Positions 1-12,163 of a DNA stretch of 64,000 bases are shown piece after piece. Every line of letters starts with the position of its first letter. Positions within the stretch are counted from its first letter, which is position 1. Origin of the DNA: Octopus vulgaris (lineage: Eukaryota); contig OX597814.1 in assembly GCA_951406725.2 (NCBI GenBank), positions 29,574,001 through 29,638,000 on the forward strand, written 5' to 3'. A program made the translations under genes and the position numbers. The notes under the pieces are model-generated. The model saw nothing but the letters and a program-made list of their open reading frames with translations. It ran no database searches and was not told the DNA's origin.

Positions 1-1500
1 GTTTTTACTCTGACAATATCCACTTTCTTTATAAATTTTAATCTTTTCAGTATGTAAAATTTGCTGGATTATAGTAAACTTAAATAAGCAGATATTTTTC
101 ATGTTTTATTTTAACAGCTGGATGGACATTTAAATTTCTTCTTTTAACTGCCTTTGTATCATGTTTTTTGGGGTTTTTTTTTTGCTTTTTAAACTGCTTT
201 TGTATCATGTTACAATTTATTACCTATATTATTTTTTATTGGGTCTTGTGAGAAAATCATGCAATATTTGAAGACATTTTTTTATATTTTGTCTTTTGCT
301 TTCATTTCTTTATTTATTGAAATTGCTATTTAGCCAATGTCACTGCCAAAAATATTCTCAAGGGAAAGCTAAAGGTTTGAGAGGGGGATTAGGGTAGAAG
401 CAGTGAAGGATGAAACTGGTTATAGAAATTTCATTTACTTATTTATATTCATTTTTCTATACTTGCATGGGTGGAGTTGTTTGTTTTTAGATACATTGCC
501 TGTCTACTACTAACTACTCAACTGGAAGTAGGGGCAAAACCTGTTTTGTATCAAGTTCCACTCCTTGCTATTTTTGAGCAAACAATTATGTGTCCCTCTC
601 TCTCTCTCTCTCTCAAGAAAGGAGTTTGCTCATAACATCAGAACCCACTTTTGTTTGTAGCACACAAACTTATCTTATTTTTATGAATTTAACCGCAGAA
701 CTTGTGTATTTGCTTGTAACCTTTACAGCATGCGTTCATCATCAAAGAGCACTCGGCTTCAGTCCAACTATCTTTGTGAAGGATGCAGACAAGGAAAGAG
801 CCATGTGTTCAAGGAAATGAAATACCAATTGTACAACAGTTGAAAGAATTATTAAATATTTAATGATTTGCATATATACTAATTAATTAGCTGTCTTATT
901 TTTTTATGGGTTAGCCAGAGAAGAAAGAGCAGGGCCTCTGAGACTGGTGAGGAAGAGCAAGAGTAGGTGAACCACAATTTATGTGTTGCTGTATTAAAAA
1001 GCAGTATTTCAAGATATCAGGTTTTCCTCAGAGTAGAGGCCTGCTCCAAATGTTTGTTACATAGTGGACTGAGCAAGTTGGTGGTATTAAAACGGGCAAG
1101 CTTACAAGGAAAAGAAAATTCATTGTATGAGATTGAGATTATATATATGGTCATCATTATCATTCAACAGCCATGCTTCATGCTGGCATGGGTTGGACAG
1201 TTTGATACGACCCAATGGGTCCAAGGACTGCATCATGTTCCCGTGTCTGCTTTGGTACGGTTTCTATGCCAACCACTTTACAGCATACTGGATGCTATTT
1301 GCATGCCACCAGCACTAGTGAGGCCACCACACAGCTCATAAGGCTACGGAAACTGAGGGTAGGTGCATTATGGTAGGAGATAAGGGTTAAGGTATGTGAG
1401 GAGTGCAGCAGAGCAGATTCTTGTTGTAATGAAGCGCTACATAGCTACTCACATTTAAATGGGAGAGTGACAATGAATCAGGATATACATATATGCTGCT

Positions 1501-1834
1501 GAGACCCCCTTCGGTCATGACTGACCATGGGATTACACCTAGAAAGTTACTCTCCCAGGCATAAGTCCGGGCAAGGTTGTTTATGGAAGACCAACAGTCA
1601 CCCATGCATACCGGCCTCTCCTTTCCACACCACCAGTGTTATCCAAGGGAAAGGCAACGGCTGATACAGCTTGGCACCTGTGATGTCGTAACTCATTTCT
1701 ACAGCTGAGTGAACTGGAGCAACATGAAATAAAGTGTCTTGCTCAAGAACACAACACCCAGCCTGGTCTGGGATTCAAACTCACAACCTCATGATCGTAA
1801 GCTCGATGCTCTAACCACTGAGCCATGTGCCTTC
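1501..1834 (-). mobile_element. tRNA-derived SINE, family D (CORE-like)
   Basis: Minus strand GAAGGCACATGGCTCAGTGGTTAGAGC (A box) ... GAGTTTGAATCCC (B box), then cttgagcaagacacttt...ccagttcactcagctgtagaaatgag. Confidence 0.8.
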
Positions 1835-1847
1835 ACACACACACATG

Positions 1848-1878
<31 letters not shown>

Positions 1879-2903
1879 TCACACATACACAAGATGTGTG
1901 TGTTGTTAGTTTGTGGGTCAGCTGCATACCGAACAAGGCCTGCTACAAGCTGTATCACCAAATATTTTATTTCACATCTAGCATCTCACTTTCGCGATCC
2001 TAGTGATTTTATCAGGTTCAAAGAACCTCAAATTTAAAAATCTATATTTATAATTTTTGTTGTTTGTGTGGGAAAATGAGCAAAATATTTTTTCAATTTT
2101 ACTCAGTCTTGTTTTTTGTTTCTTAGTTTTTGGAAAGTAAGTTTTTTTGTTGTTTTTTTTCTTCAGTTGATCTGATTTTGGGTATTTATATAAAACATTG
2201 AAGCAAAATCTTTACCGCTGCTTACCTTGTTTAAGGTTAGCTTTCATTATGAGAAATTTGTTGACAACTAAAAATAAATAAAATACAAATTAGAGCTTAA
2301 AGAATTCTCAGTGTCGTGCAGTAATTTTGAGCAAGATTGACTTAGACAGGTAGAATAAAATATTGAAAGTATCCAAGCATATTTTGGTGAGGTATTTTGT
2401 TCTACATATTTTAGTGGTGGGGAAATTGTAATAAAAGAGGATATGTAAATCTTTAAACCATGTCAAACTACACTACATGACAAACTACTCTGCTATTTAA
2501 CAGTTCAGTTTCTAGTTAAATGTGCACTAACAATACTTAATGTTGTAAGACAAAATAAAGTTTCATCCAATTGAAATTAAACTCATGAGGGGAAGAAAAA
2601 TCATGAATGTTGATGATAATTTTTGTCAAAGAGGTAAAGGGAGAAAACTGAAATTTAAATTGGTTGAAAAGTAAATAGAGACCAGCAGTGTAGAAATGGG
2701 TCTGCTGCTTGGTAAATACAATGATAACTACAGACAGGTTTTGGTTTTATTAGACCTCCTCAACAATACCATATCATAAAACAATTGGCACACTATCACT
2801 GAATTATCTCATTTGCTGTCTGTTCTTTGTTGTTAACAGCTCTCTGCATTGATGACTCTTTTAACAATAGGACTATTTCAACTTTTTTTAACTTTAGCAA
2901 TTA

Positions 2904-3306
2904 ACTAGCAGTATAGCCCAGCGTTGCTCAGGTTTGTTTTCTTTTTGACCCTTTAGAATTAGAATTTTTGAAAAGTAAAAATGTTGCTTTATGTAGCTTG
3001 TTATTCTCTTTAAGTGAACATTTTTCTGGTTGAAATACACTGAAAAATGATGACACAGCAGTCAAAAAATCGTAACAAATAGGAATTTTCATAGAAAAAA
3101 AAGCACCCTTTTGATGTAAATAACTTTTGGGGGTTAACATGGTCCAATTCGAATTTTTTCTTCTACAGAAGGAAGAGCAAGCCTTCTTCTATCATACTCT
3201 CAATTTTGGTCAACTTGCACCGCAGGGTCTCGGAGGAGATAGTGTTAGTTGAAGCCTACCAAACCTGCCATACACAGACAACTTCAGCTTTATACATATA
3301 GAGAGA
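2904..3306 (-). mobile_element. Non-autonomous Helitron, related termini and different interior
   Basis: Minus strand begins TCTCTCTATATGTATAAAGCTGAAGTTG and ends CCTGAGCAACGCTGGGCTATACTGCTAG. Confidence 0.65.
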
Positions 3307-4043
3307 TTTAGTACTCCATATTCAACTTCCAGAACTTTTTTGGTTTCATTTCAGTAATGAACTAGAAATTTTTAATTTTTTTTTTTACATTCTAACAGTT
3401 TAGCTCCTCAGTTATTGTCTTCTTAATGACCTATTTTTTGTTTTTTCATTAATTTTCTTCTGTTCTATATTCATTACTGTCACAGTCAGTTATTAACTGA
3501 GTTTTATGATGGTTTCGATAGGGATAATAATAATGATGATGATGATAGCATTCCTTAGAAATTACCACTTAATGAGATAAACTTTATTATTTACATTTAC
3601 TGTTAATACATTTGTGTTACTATTTACTAGTAGCTTGCTAATAGTTATAGTATTGTCCAATTTGTTCTGATTTACTAAACTGGATTCCTCACTGTAAATA
3701 GTGTCAACATAAAATCTAATAACAGGAATGCATCTGCTGTTAGCCAATAAAACCAATCATATCAGCATAAGTTGTCACAACTGTCATAAAAGTGCTTTTG
3801 GCACCTTAATTAATCTGGTACCTTAATCTTGCAGATAATGTAGACGCTGTACAATAGAAAACAATTGGAAGCATCATTTGGCTCTGTGCTTCATGACTTA
3901 AAGATATAGACATCACAAAACCATCTTTATTCTAACCTGAAATTAATAGAGCTAATCACCTCTTGACAGATACCCCTGTCAGTAGATGGTTAATTCCCCT
4001 CCTCCCATTCTATTTTCTCTTCAGTCTCTTCATATATGTTTAA

Positions 4044-4263
4044 CCCTTTAGCATTTAAACCGGCCATATCCGGCCCAAATTTTCTACTTCTTTTATGTTC
4101 AAACCATCTAGATCTGGCCTTTCACACATATCCTACAATGACATCCTCAAAATAAACCATCACATAATCAAATTCTCAGAGCTACAAGATAATGCAGGAT
4201 TAACTCAAAACAATGTGAATGAAAAAGCATTATATTTGACAGAGTAATCTGAACACTGAAGGG
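4044..4263 (+). mobile_element. piggyBac-type MITE (~220 bp family)
   Basis: TTAA-CCCTTTAG ... CTGAAGGG-TCAA; the same family recurs about 10 times in the window. Confidence 0.8.
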
Positions 4264-4267
4264 TCAA

Positions 4268-4845
4268 CCCTTTTGTTACCAACTCGGCTGAAACCGGTCC
4301 TGGCTCTGTAGTACAAATGTCTTGTTTGCATTTGTTTTGAATTAAGATCTTCCACCAAACCTTAGTCACAATTTATATTCCTAACACTACCTGAATGATA
4401 ACTAAGTTATTTTACTAAATTCTTTGTTATATTTAAAGCTATTGAAAGAAACACAGAGCATCTCAAAATAAATACAGTAATGGAGCACCATCCGATCGTG
4501 GCCGTTGCCAGCGCCGCCCCGACTGGCCTTGTGCCGGTGGCACGTAAAATGCACCATCCGTTCGTGGCTGTTGCCAGCCTCGCCTGGCCCCCGTGCCGGT
4601 GGCACATGAAAAACACCAATCCGATCGTGGCCGTTTGCCAGACTCGTCTGGCACCTGTGCTGGTGGCACGTGAAAGGCACCCACTACACTCACGGAGTGG
4701 TTGGCATTAGGAAGGGCATCCAGCCGTAGAAACACTGCCAGATCAGACTGGGCCTGATGCAGCCTTCTGGCTTCCCAGACCCCAGTTGAACCGTCCAACC
4801 CATGCTAGCATGGAAAGAGGACGCTAAACGATGATGATGAAAGGG
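4268..4845 (+). mobile_element. Second piggyBac-type MITE family, interrupted in its 3' TIR by an RTE tail
   Basis: Starts CCCTTTTGTTACC (the same TIR as the 46178 element) and ends AAAGGG-TTAA at 4845-4849; 4481-4840 is an inserted repeat. Confidence 0.7.
4481..4840 (+). mobile_element. Family C repeat (5'-truncated RTE 3' UTR with ~62-bp tandem units)
   Basis: Three internal units, then ggcattaggaagggcatccagccgtagaaac...ggacgctaaac(GAT)n. Confidence 0.8.
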
Positions 4846-5006
4846 TTAAAGGCTTTCGTAATGGCCACAACAGGGATAGGTAAAATAAACTCTGTTGTTT
4901 TACAGTGGTGATTTTTTTCATTTAACTTTGATGAGACAATATTAATCAACATGCTAACTTTAGAGTTTTGTTTTTAAATTTGTTTGGTTCAGATAATTAA
5001 GTTTTG

Positions 5007-5169
5007 GCACATGAGTGGCTGTGTGGTAAGTAGTTTGCTTACCAACCACATGGTTCCGGGTTCAGTCCCACTGCGTGGCATCTTGGGCAAGTGTCTTCTG
5101 CTATAGCCCCGGGCCGACCAATGCCTTGTGAGTGGATTTGGTAGACGAAAACTGAAAGAAGCCTGTCGC

Positions 5170-5203
<34 letters not shown>

Positions 5204-5404
5204 TTGTGTGTCTGTGTTTGTCCCCCTAGCATTGCTTGACAACCGATGCTGGTGTGTTTATGTCCCTGTCACTTAGCGGTTCGGCAAAAGAGACCGATAG
5301 AATAAGTACTGGGCTTACAAAGAATAAGACCCGGGGTCGATTTGCTCGACTAAAGGCGGTGCTCCAGCATGGCCGCAGTCAAATGACTGAAACAAGTAAA
5401 AGAG
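5007..5404 (+). mobile_element. tRNA-derived SINE, family A (~400 bp, central (TA)n(TG)n)
   Basis: Head with A box (TGGCTGTGTGG) and B box (GGTTCAGTCCC), central microsatellite, tail GACTGAAACAAGTAAAAGAG; more than 10 copies in the window. Confidence 0.85.
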
Positions 5405-6193
5405 TTAATATTAAGATGTTACACTAATGTTACAGTTTGTGTGTATTTGTGTGGTCATCATTCAGTGCTCACTTTCCATGGTGGCATGGGTTGGACAGTT
5501 TGATAAGAACCAATAAGCCAGAGGCCTGTGCCAGTATGCCAAGCTCCAGTGTCTGCTTTGACTTGATTTCTGCAACTGGATGCCCATCCTATCCAATGCT
5601 CACCACTTTACAGAATGTACTTTTTCTCATGGCACTGCACCAGCACTAGTGGGATCTTTAGATACTAACAAGACAAAACCTCTCAACTGGGTGGGATACA
5701 ATATTGCTGGAGTTGAAAGTGTGATAGAGAGACATGACCAGGTGTCTTGCTGAAGAGGAAATACATGGGTGCCCTAGCTGCAAAGAGAGAGATGGTGAGA
5801 CTATACCCTCTGGGTAAAAGTGGATATAAGAGAGATAATGGGGATTAAGAAAGAGTAAGAATGGGCAAGTTTGTGACGGTGCAACAGTTGATTAGAGATG
5901 GAGATTGAATTGGATACAGTGAATATAAATTAGTTTGGGGCAAGTGAAGGGAATAGATGGTCAGAGAGGAGGAATAGGAAGAGAAGGTAATAAATGTATG
6001 TATGTTTGAAAAAATGAATTGAAATGGCTTTTCTGATAATTTGTCCACTTTAATAATTAGATATTTATAAATTATTAGGTGTTTAATTTATAAACATCTA
6101 ATTATTAAAATGGCTAAATTATCAGAAAAACTATTTCTATTCAGTTTTTCAAATATATAATACTGTACCAAGCACTTTCTCTTTCTAACTATA

Positions 6194-6230
<37 letters not shown>

Positions 6231-6508
6231 CAGCGTCGCCTTACTGGCACTAGAGCCCCATGCTAGTAGGGTGTTAAGAGCACCATCCGAGTGTGATCGT
6301 TGCCAGAGTGGCTAACTGGCCTCCGTGCTGGTGGCATGTAAAAGCACCCACTACACTCTCGGAGTGGTTGGTGTTAGGAAGGGCATCCAGCTGTAGAAAC
6401 ACTGCCAGATCAAGATTGAAGCCTGGTGCAGCCATCTGGTTCACCAACCCTCCGTCAAATCGTCCAACCCATGCTAGCATTGAAAGCAGACGTTAAACGA
6501 TGATGATA
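6231..6508 (+). mobile_element. Family C repeat inserted in (TA)n
   Basis: Same tail; (TA)n on both flanks. Confidence 0.78.
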
Positions 6509-7779
6509 TATATATATATATATATATATATAGTTGTGAATATCTGGTTTCAATAACTACATATATTGGAACAGATGGCCATGGATTGTGAAATTCACGT
6601 TTGAATAATCTTCCTGTTTATTACAGTGCAGGGTTTTGTAATTTTTTGCAATTTGTGGTCGAGATAGAGGATCAAAGCAGGGCTAACATCATTAATGATG
6701 GTTTATTAACAAGAGAGATTCTATCGAACTGCTGAGATTGACCATCTAAATTTCTCATAACAAAACTATCTTTTTTGGATATGCTTTAACAATAAAAGAA
6801 TTAAGGATGGTTAAAACTCAGATTTTGAATGGATGACCTCATTGCTGATATATTTAATCTTGAAATTAATAAGTTGTATTTAGTAGCATTAATAGAGGAA
6901 GTAACTAGCCATGCAAGTAATATCATAGAAGAGCAATTTGTATCTGCTATGAATTGTTCCAGTCTTGAAATGCCTGCAAAGGGCAATAGTACAAGCCTCT
7001 CCTTCAAAACCAATCTAATAGAGAAAGTGATTAAAAAGAATTGTTGTTCCTTGTATGTGTGCCTCAGTTTATTTAATTAAGGGGAATAGGTACCATATTT
7101 TTCTCAAAACATTATGTAATGAAATTGTGAATGTCTGAAACAACTACCCTGTTATTAAAAAAAAAGAAAAAAACGTTAATGACACATATGCCATTAAAAC
7201 AGATTCTGCGGTGTTACCATTTAAGGTCTCCTAACAGACACAGACTTGTTAGAGTTAATGTTATGACAGCAGGCTTTCGTTAGAATACACTTAGTTATAT
7301 ATAAATTATCACAACTTAAATTTAACCTTTTGAATTTTAGATACTCTGTAGTTTACAATATAAGTGGATGATAATCTAGAACATTGCATTCAAGTGAAAA
7401 TCAGCTTGTAAAAGAACAGTTACAGAGAATACTGCTCTGTTCCCAAGCATTTGGACGGAGATTAAAATACTGACTTGTTTTTAGTTTCATACACATGAAG
7501 TACTTTTAGTTATTTGCTTTAATGTCAGTTTTCCATGTTGGTATGGGTTGAATGATTTGATAGGATCTGATGAGCCACAGAGCTTCATCAAGCTCCACTG
7601 TCAGCTTTAGCCTGGTTTCCATGGCTGGTTGCCCTCCTAACGCCAACTTCATCACAGTGGGTGCTTTTTTCATACCACTAGCGAGGCCACCAAATAACTT
7701 GCAAGACAAAGAAAGGAAAACGCCTATTTAACTAGGTAAAAGAGAGAGAGATAGAGAGTGTATGTGTGTATATATATAA

Positions 7780-8128
7780 TATCATCATCATTTAGCGTCC
7801 GCTTTCCATGCTAGCATGGGTTGGACGGTTCAACTGGGGTCTGTGAAGCCAGAAGGCTGCATCAGGCCCAGTCTGATCTGGCAGTGTTTCTACGGCTGGA
7901 TGCCCTTCCTAACGCCAACCACTCCGTGAGTGTAGTGGGTGCTTTTTACGTGCCACCCGCACAGGTGCCAGACGGAGCTGGCAAACGGCCACGGACGGAG
8001 CTGGCAAACGGCCACGGACGGATGGTGCTTTTTACGTGCCACCAGCACGGGGCCAGGCGAGGCTGGCAACGGCCACGAACGGATGGTGCTTTTTACGTAC
8101 CACCAGCACGAGGCCAGTCGGGGCGGCG
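7780..8128 (-). mobile_element. Family C repeat
   Basis: Reverse copy with an extra 23-bp internal duplication (ACGGAGCTGGCAAACGGCCACGG twice). Confidence 0.8.
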
Positions 8129-8429
8129 ATGAAATAATTTGTTTTTAATGGTTGAACTCAAAGTAAATACAGCTATAAATAATAGCATATAAATATTGGG
8201 CTAAAAGCCCTTTGGATAAAAAAAATCGAAGGCTGCTAGGCTCTTGTGTCAAACTACTTTTGTAAACTCCTCTTTCTGAAAGTATGAGCCAGATTATATA
8301 CTGTACTGTACGAACGGATTTACAATTTAGAGGTTTAAAAGATTTGCATTCCATAACAAACTATTCAATCAACTATGGTAATGGCCTTTTTTTATTGTTA
8401 TTATATTTTGCGTATTTGTTCTAGCTCTC

Positions 8430-9000
8430 TGTTCTGAGTTCAAATCCTGCTGAGGCCACTTTGCTTATCATTCTTCTGAGATTGATAAAATAAAGTACCA
8501 ATCAAGTACTGGAGTCAATGGAATCAACTAAACCCCACCCCTTAAAATTGCTGGCCTTGTGCCAAAGGCAGAATCATTTGCACGTTGGACAAAATGCTTA
8601 GCAGCATTTTGTTCAGCTCTACATGCTGAGTTCAAATTCTGCCAAGGTTGACTTTGCCTTTCATTTTTTTGGGGGGTTGATAAATTAAGTACTAGTGGAG
8701 CAGTGGGGTCGATGTAATTGGCTACCCACCTCCTCCACGAATTTCAGGTTTTGTACCTTTAATAGAAAGGATTATTATTTTTAAGACAGCGGGCTGGCAG
8801 AATTGTTAGCATGCCAGACTGAATGCTTAGCAACATTTTGTCCTTCTTTACATTCTTAGTTCTGATTCCATTGGGGTTGACTTTGCCTTTCATCCTTTTG
8901 GGGTCAATAAAGTACCAGTTGAGCACTGAGGTTGATGTAATCAACTTACTCCCTCCCCCAAAATTGCTGGTCTTATGCCAAAATTTGGGACCATTATTAT
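8430..9000 (+). mobile_element. Three consecutive diverged family B SINE copies
   Basis: Repeated gagttcaaat...actttgcctttcatc...gataaa...gtacca...gccttgtgcc blocks at ~8430-8575, ~8585-8775 and ~8785-9000. Confidence 0.65.
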
Positions 9001-9465
9001 TATCTTTGGCCAAGCACTCATCAATTTTTTTAAAGCTTCACTGGAAAAGGAAAGTGAGGGTAGAAAAGAAAGTGCTGCCACCCAGTAGTTTCATTAAAAG
9101 GTGGGAGAATGTGGCAAGAATGATCCGAGTGAACAGGCCTGTTCTAAGTATGCACCTGTAAATTGAATGAAAATACTGTGGAGAGGGCACTTGCCCTAAC
9201 GATAAGAACAATCATGGTTTTATGAGTTATTTTATAGCTTGTTGAACTGAGTATAGTAGGGAAACCAAGTTTCTTAGCCAAATGCAAATACAGAATGGAA
9301 CATCACTGACAGGATATCAACTGTTGCTGTACCACTTATCTTCCAGAACCCTAGCTATGGGCTCCCTCATCTGTTCTGTTTTGTTTGGTTATATATCCCT
9401 TGATATTTGGACTTGTATTTATGTAAGGAATCATTATTGATGGCCTTTATATATATATATATATA

Positions 9466-9860
9466 TCTTTATATATAAAAGTCAAGTTGTGTGTCTGTCT
9501 CCTACGATTTAGATTCCTAACTACTCCCACATTTTGTGGTGCAGTTTAACCAAAACCGGGTATCTTATAGTCATGATTCATATCGAGCCCTTTTGGGTAT
9601 TAGTGCGCGTCTATGAGTCTACGATTTAAAAAAAAATTTACCATTATTTTTTTCCATTTTAATGCATTTTTTCGCTATTATATAAGGGAAGTAACTCTCT
9701 AAAAATGTCTCCGATGAGTCAACGATTTTAAAAAAAATTTACCATCATTTTTTTTCCATATTTAATGCATTTTTTTGCTATTTTTTGGCTATAACTCTCT
9801 AAAAATACTTATATAGTTATTTCCCTTACAAACCCGAGTAACGCCAGGCGATACTGCTAG
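9466..9860 (+). mobile_element. Non-autonomous Helitron
   Basis: 5' TC within (TA)n, 3' CTAG followed by T, subterminal hairpin CCCGAGTAACGCCAGG; internal ~80-bp duplication; no TSD. Further copies at 33.6 kb and 42.3 kb. Confidence 0.75.
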
Positions 9861-10557
9861 TATATATATAAAAGGTTATATAGGGCAAAGAAGTGGATAT
9901 TTCTAATGAGATATTTATTAAGTTCCTCATGTTTCAGTATTCAGATTCCTGCTGGAATTAATTTTATCTTTCAACTCTAAAATTAAGGAACATCATCACT
10001 TTTCCATTATTGTTTTAATGTCCAGTGGTCCAGTCTTATATGGGTCTGACCACTTAATATATTAGGATTGATTTAATTGATTATGCCCTATCAAAAAAAA
10101 AAAAAAAAAGAGGGATGTACATTTAGTCCTTATTAGAAGATATCAGGGATTTACTGACAAGATATGATTGTCAATCTATGGATTTTAACTTTGTGTTTCT
10201 CTGTATGCATTGCATTGATTTCTTAAGTAAGGCTCTTAACCTTACACATGCAAAGAGCAGTAAAAAGGGTCCATTATTGTTTGAAAGATCTTAATAATAA
10301 AGTTTTTAAATATGAGAAGAATCAGACTTCTGCTTTGAGTGTTTGTTACGTCTCTTTCTGTTTTTTTAAATATTGTGTTGTGTCCTACATAATAATCATT
10401 TACCAGTTTTCTTGAATGCTGCTATCACCGTAGCCCTCACCACCATTTTACATCCTCAATACCCTCACTATCATCACCATTTTAAATCATCATCATCGTT
10501 TTATGATAATATCACTATTGGTGTTATTCTAATCTTTAATTCTTTTTCTTATTAAAG

Positions 10558-10648
10558 GCATCTTATTTTGGGGGAATTGTGCTAAATGGAGCCATCAGCA
10601 TAGCTCTTAAACACATCATCAAGGATCGGCGGCCACCACCATCACCAA
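10558..10648 (+). CDS. DOLPP1: Dolichyldiphosphatase 1, first coding exon visible in window (internal exon, 91 nt)
   Basis: Acceptor ttcttattaaag|GCA and donor CCAA|gtaagt. Translates ASYFGGIVLNGAISIALKHIIKDRRPPPSP, containing PAP2 motif 1 K-X6-RP (KHIIKDRRP); resembles human [26 protein letters not shown]. Frame joins the next exon. Confidence 0.9.
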
Positions 10649-11017
10649 GTAAGTACTTTATGACGACTTTCTTAAACCATTATTATTACATGAGAACAGA
10701 ATGGTGCCCTACTCAACATATACTGTGGACATAAAAGTTACCTTACATTAGGGGTAGGCATAAAATTATATACTAAACACTCAGAAAATGAGTTGGTATT
10801 ATCCTGTAGAAGTGGAAGAGGTGGAGAAGGTTGGGTTCATGATGCTGAATATCATAAATAAAATGACAGAAACAAGTGATAAGGCCTTTTACAAGGACCT
10901 GTCCAACCCATGTTAGTATGGGAAACAATCATATAATTTTGATATAACTTCTGAAAATCTTCTAGTTAAATGTATGAACATACTTACTTAGAAATGTTTT
11001 TCTTTGTATGGCTGAAT

Positions 11018-11085
11018 TCTTTTCTAGTTCCGGTAATGATTCTGCTATGAGGGTCAGGTCATCAGCATAGAGGAGCTCCCTGGGG
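11018..11085 (-). mobile_element. Short RTE reverse-transcriptase fragment
   Basis: PRELLYADDLTLIAESLPELE, nearly identical to the RT peptide at ~54780. Confidence 0.7.
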
Positions 11086-11942
11086 GCTGAATGTAAAACT
11101 CTAATTTCTGGAGATGACTTTCTTCCTGAATTCCTTGGGTTATTTTTATTTTGTAATAGAAACATCCACACGGTTATTTTTGGTGACTGTCTAAACCATA
11201 GCCTATTTCTTTGGTTTCCTGTTGCAGTTTTCCATCTCTGATATGTGATGTATAATTTACATTAAAGACATCAACAGTAACATATGGATTGAGCCTTCAT
11301 CATCACATCAGATTGTTTTCATGCTGAGCTGTATTCAATATGATCTTCAAATTAAATTCTTTTTTTTAACTGTTACTAAATTAAATATTATAGTTTAGTT
11401 ATGTTTCTATATATAAAACCTCCTGAATATGGCTTGAAAATATATCTGGTTGTGAGGTCCTGGCTCTGGTGCTCCATGGTTTTGAAAAGTATGGAGCTAT
11501 CTCTTAGCAACTGTTATTCCAAGATTTACTCTGCATAGAGTTGTAGCACCTATCAGTGTCCCAGTTATGGGTTATTTAGTATGTTATGGAAGAAACCCCA
11601 AGCACAAACTCTCATTGCTTTGTGAGTACCTTGGGAAAGGGAGATGCTTGAAGAATTAACATCAATGGCAATTTAAGGAGTGGAGTCTCTCAGACTCTCT
11701 GGTGCTCCCTTTGACACTCTTTCAGAAACTCCAGCCTGTAAGTTCTTCACAACTGGCTAGTCTCATGCCACCTCTATCCAGGAACTCCCAACTCACTCAT
11801 CTCCCCTCTCTCCCCTCACCCATATGGTGTCTCTTCCACCTTAGGTCCTGCACTAGCCACTAGATCCAGTACTTCCTCCTCAGAATGTCAGTCAACTGAA
11901 ATTCCTTCTCTGCACATATATATCTGATAATCATTTATCTAA

Positions 11943-12163
11943 CCCTTTAGCATTCAAACCGGCCATACCCGGCCAGAATATTTAACCTGTTTTATATTGA
12001 AACTGACCAGAGCTTACCTCTTACCTCAGCCCTACCATGTCATTCTAAAACTGAAAAAACCACATCACTGTAATCTCTAAACTACAAGATAATACATGAT
12101 TAATTCAAAACAATATAAATAAACAAACATCACATTTGACAGAATAATCTGAACACTAAAGGG
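11943..12163 (+). mobile_element. piggyBac-type MITE (~220 bp family)
   Basis: CCCTTTAGCATTCAAACCGGCC ... CTAAAGGG-TTAA. Confidence 0.8.

Noticed and set aside
6540-7080. ORFs 6801-7013 and 6829-7080 as genes
   Set aside because: No splice or motif support; possibly a very decayed LINE fragment, but too weak to call.
1-10557. First DOLPP1 exons or promoter
   Set aside because: No segment resembling the N-terminal peptides (THVEYP, RELHT) with splice sites was found by eye; AG candidates such as the one at ~117 give no matching frame. The exons are probably upstream of the window.
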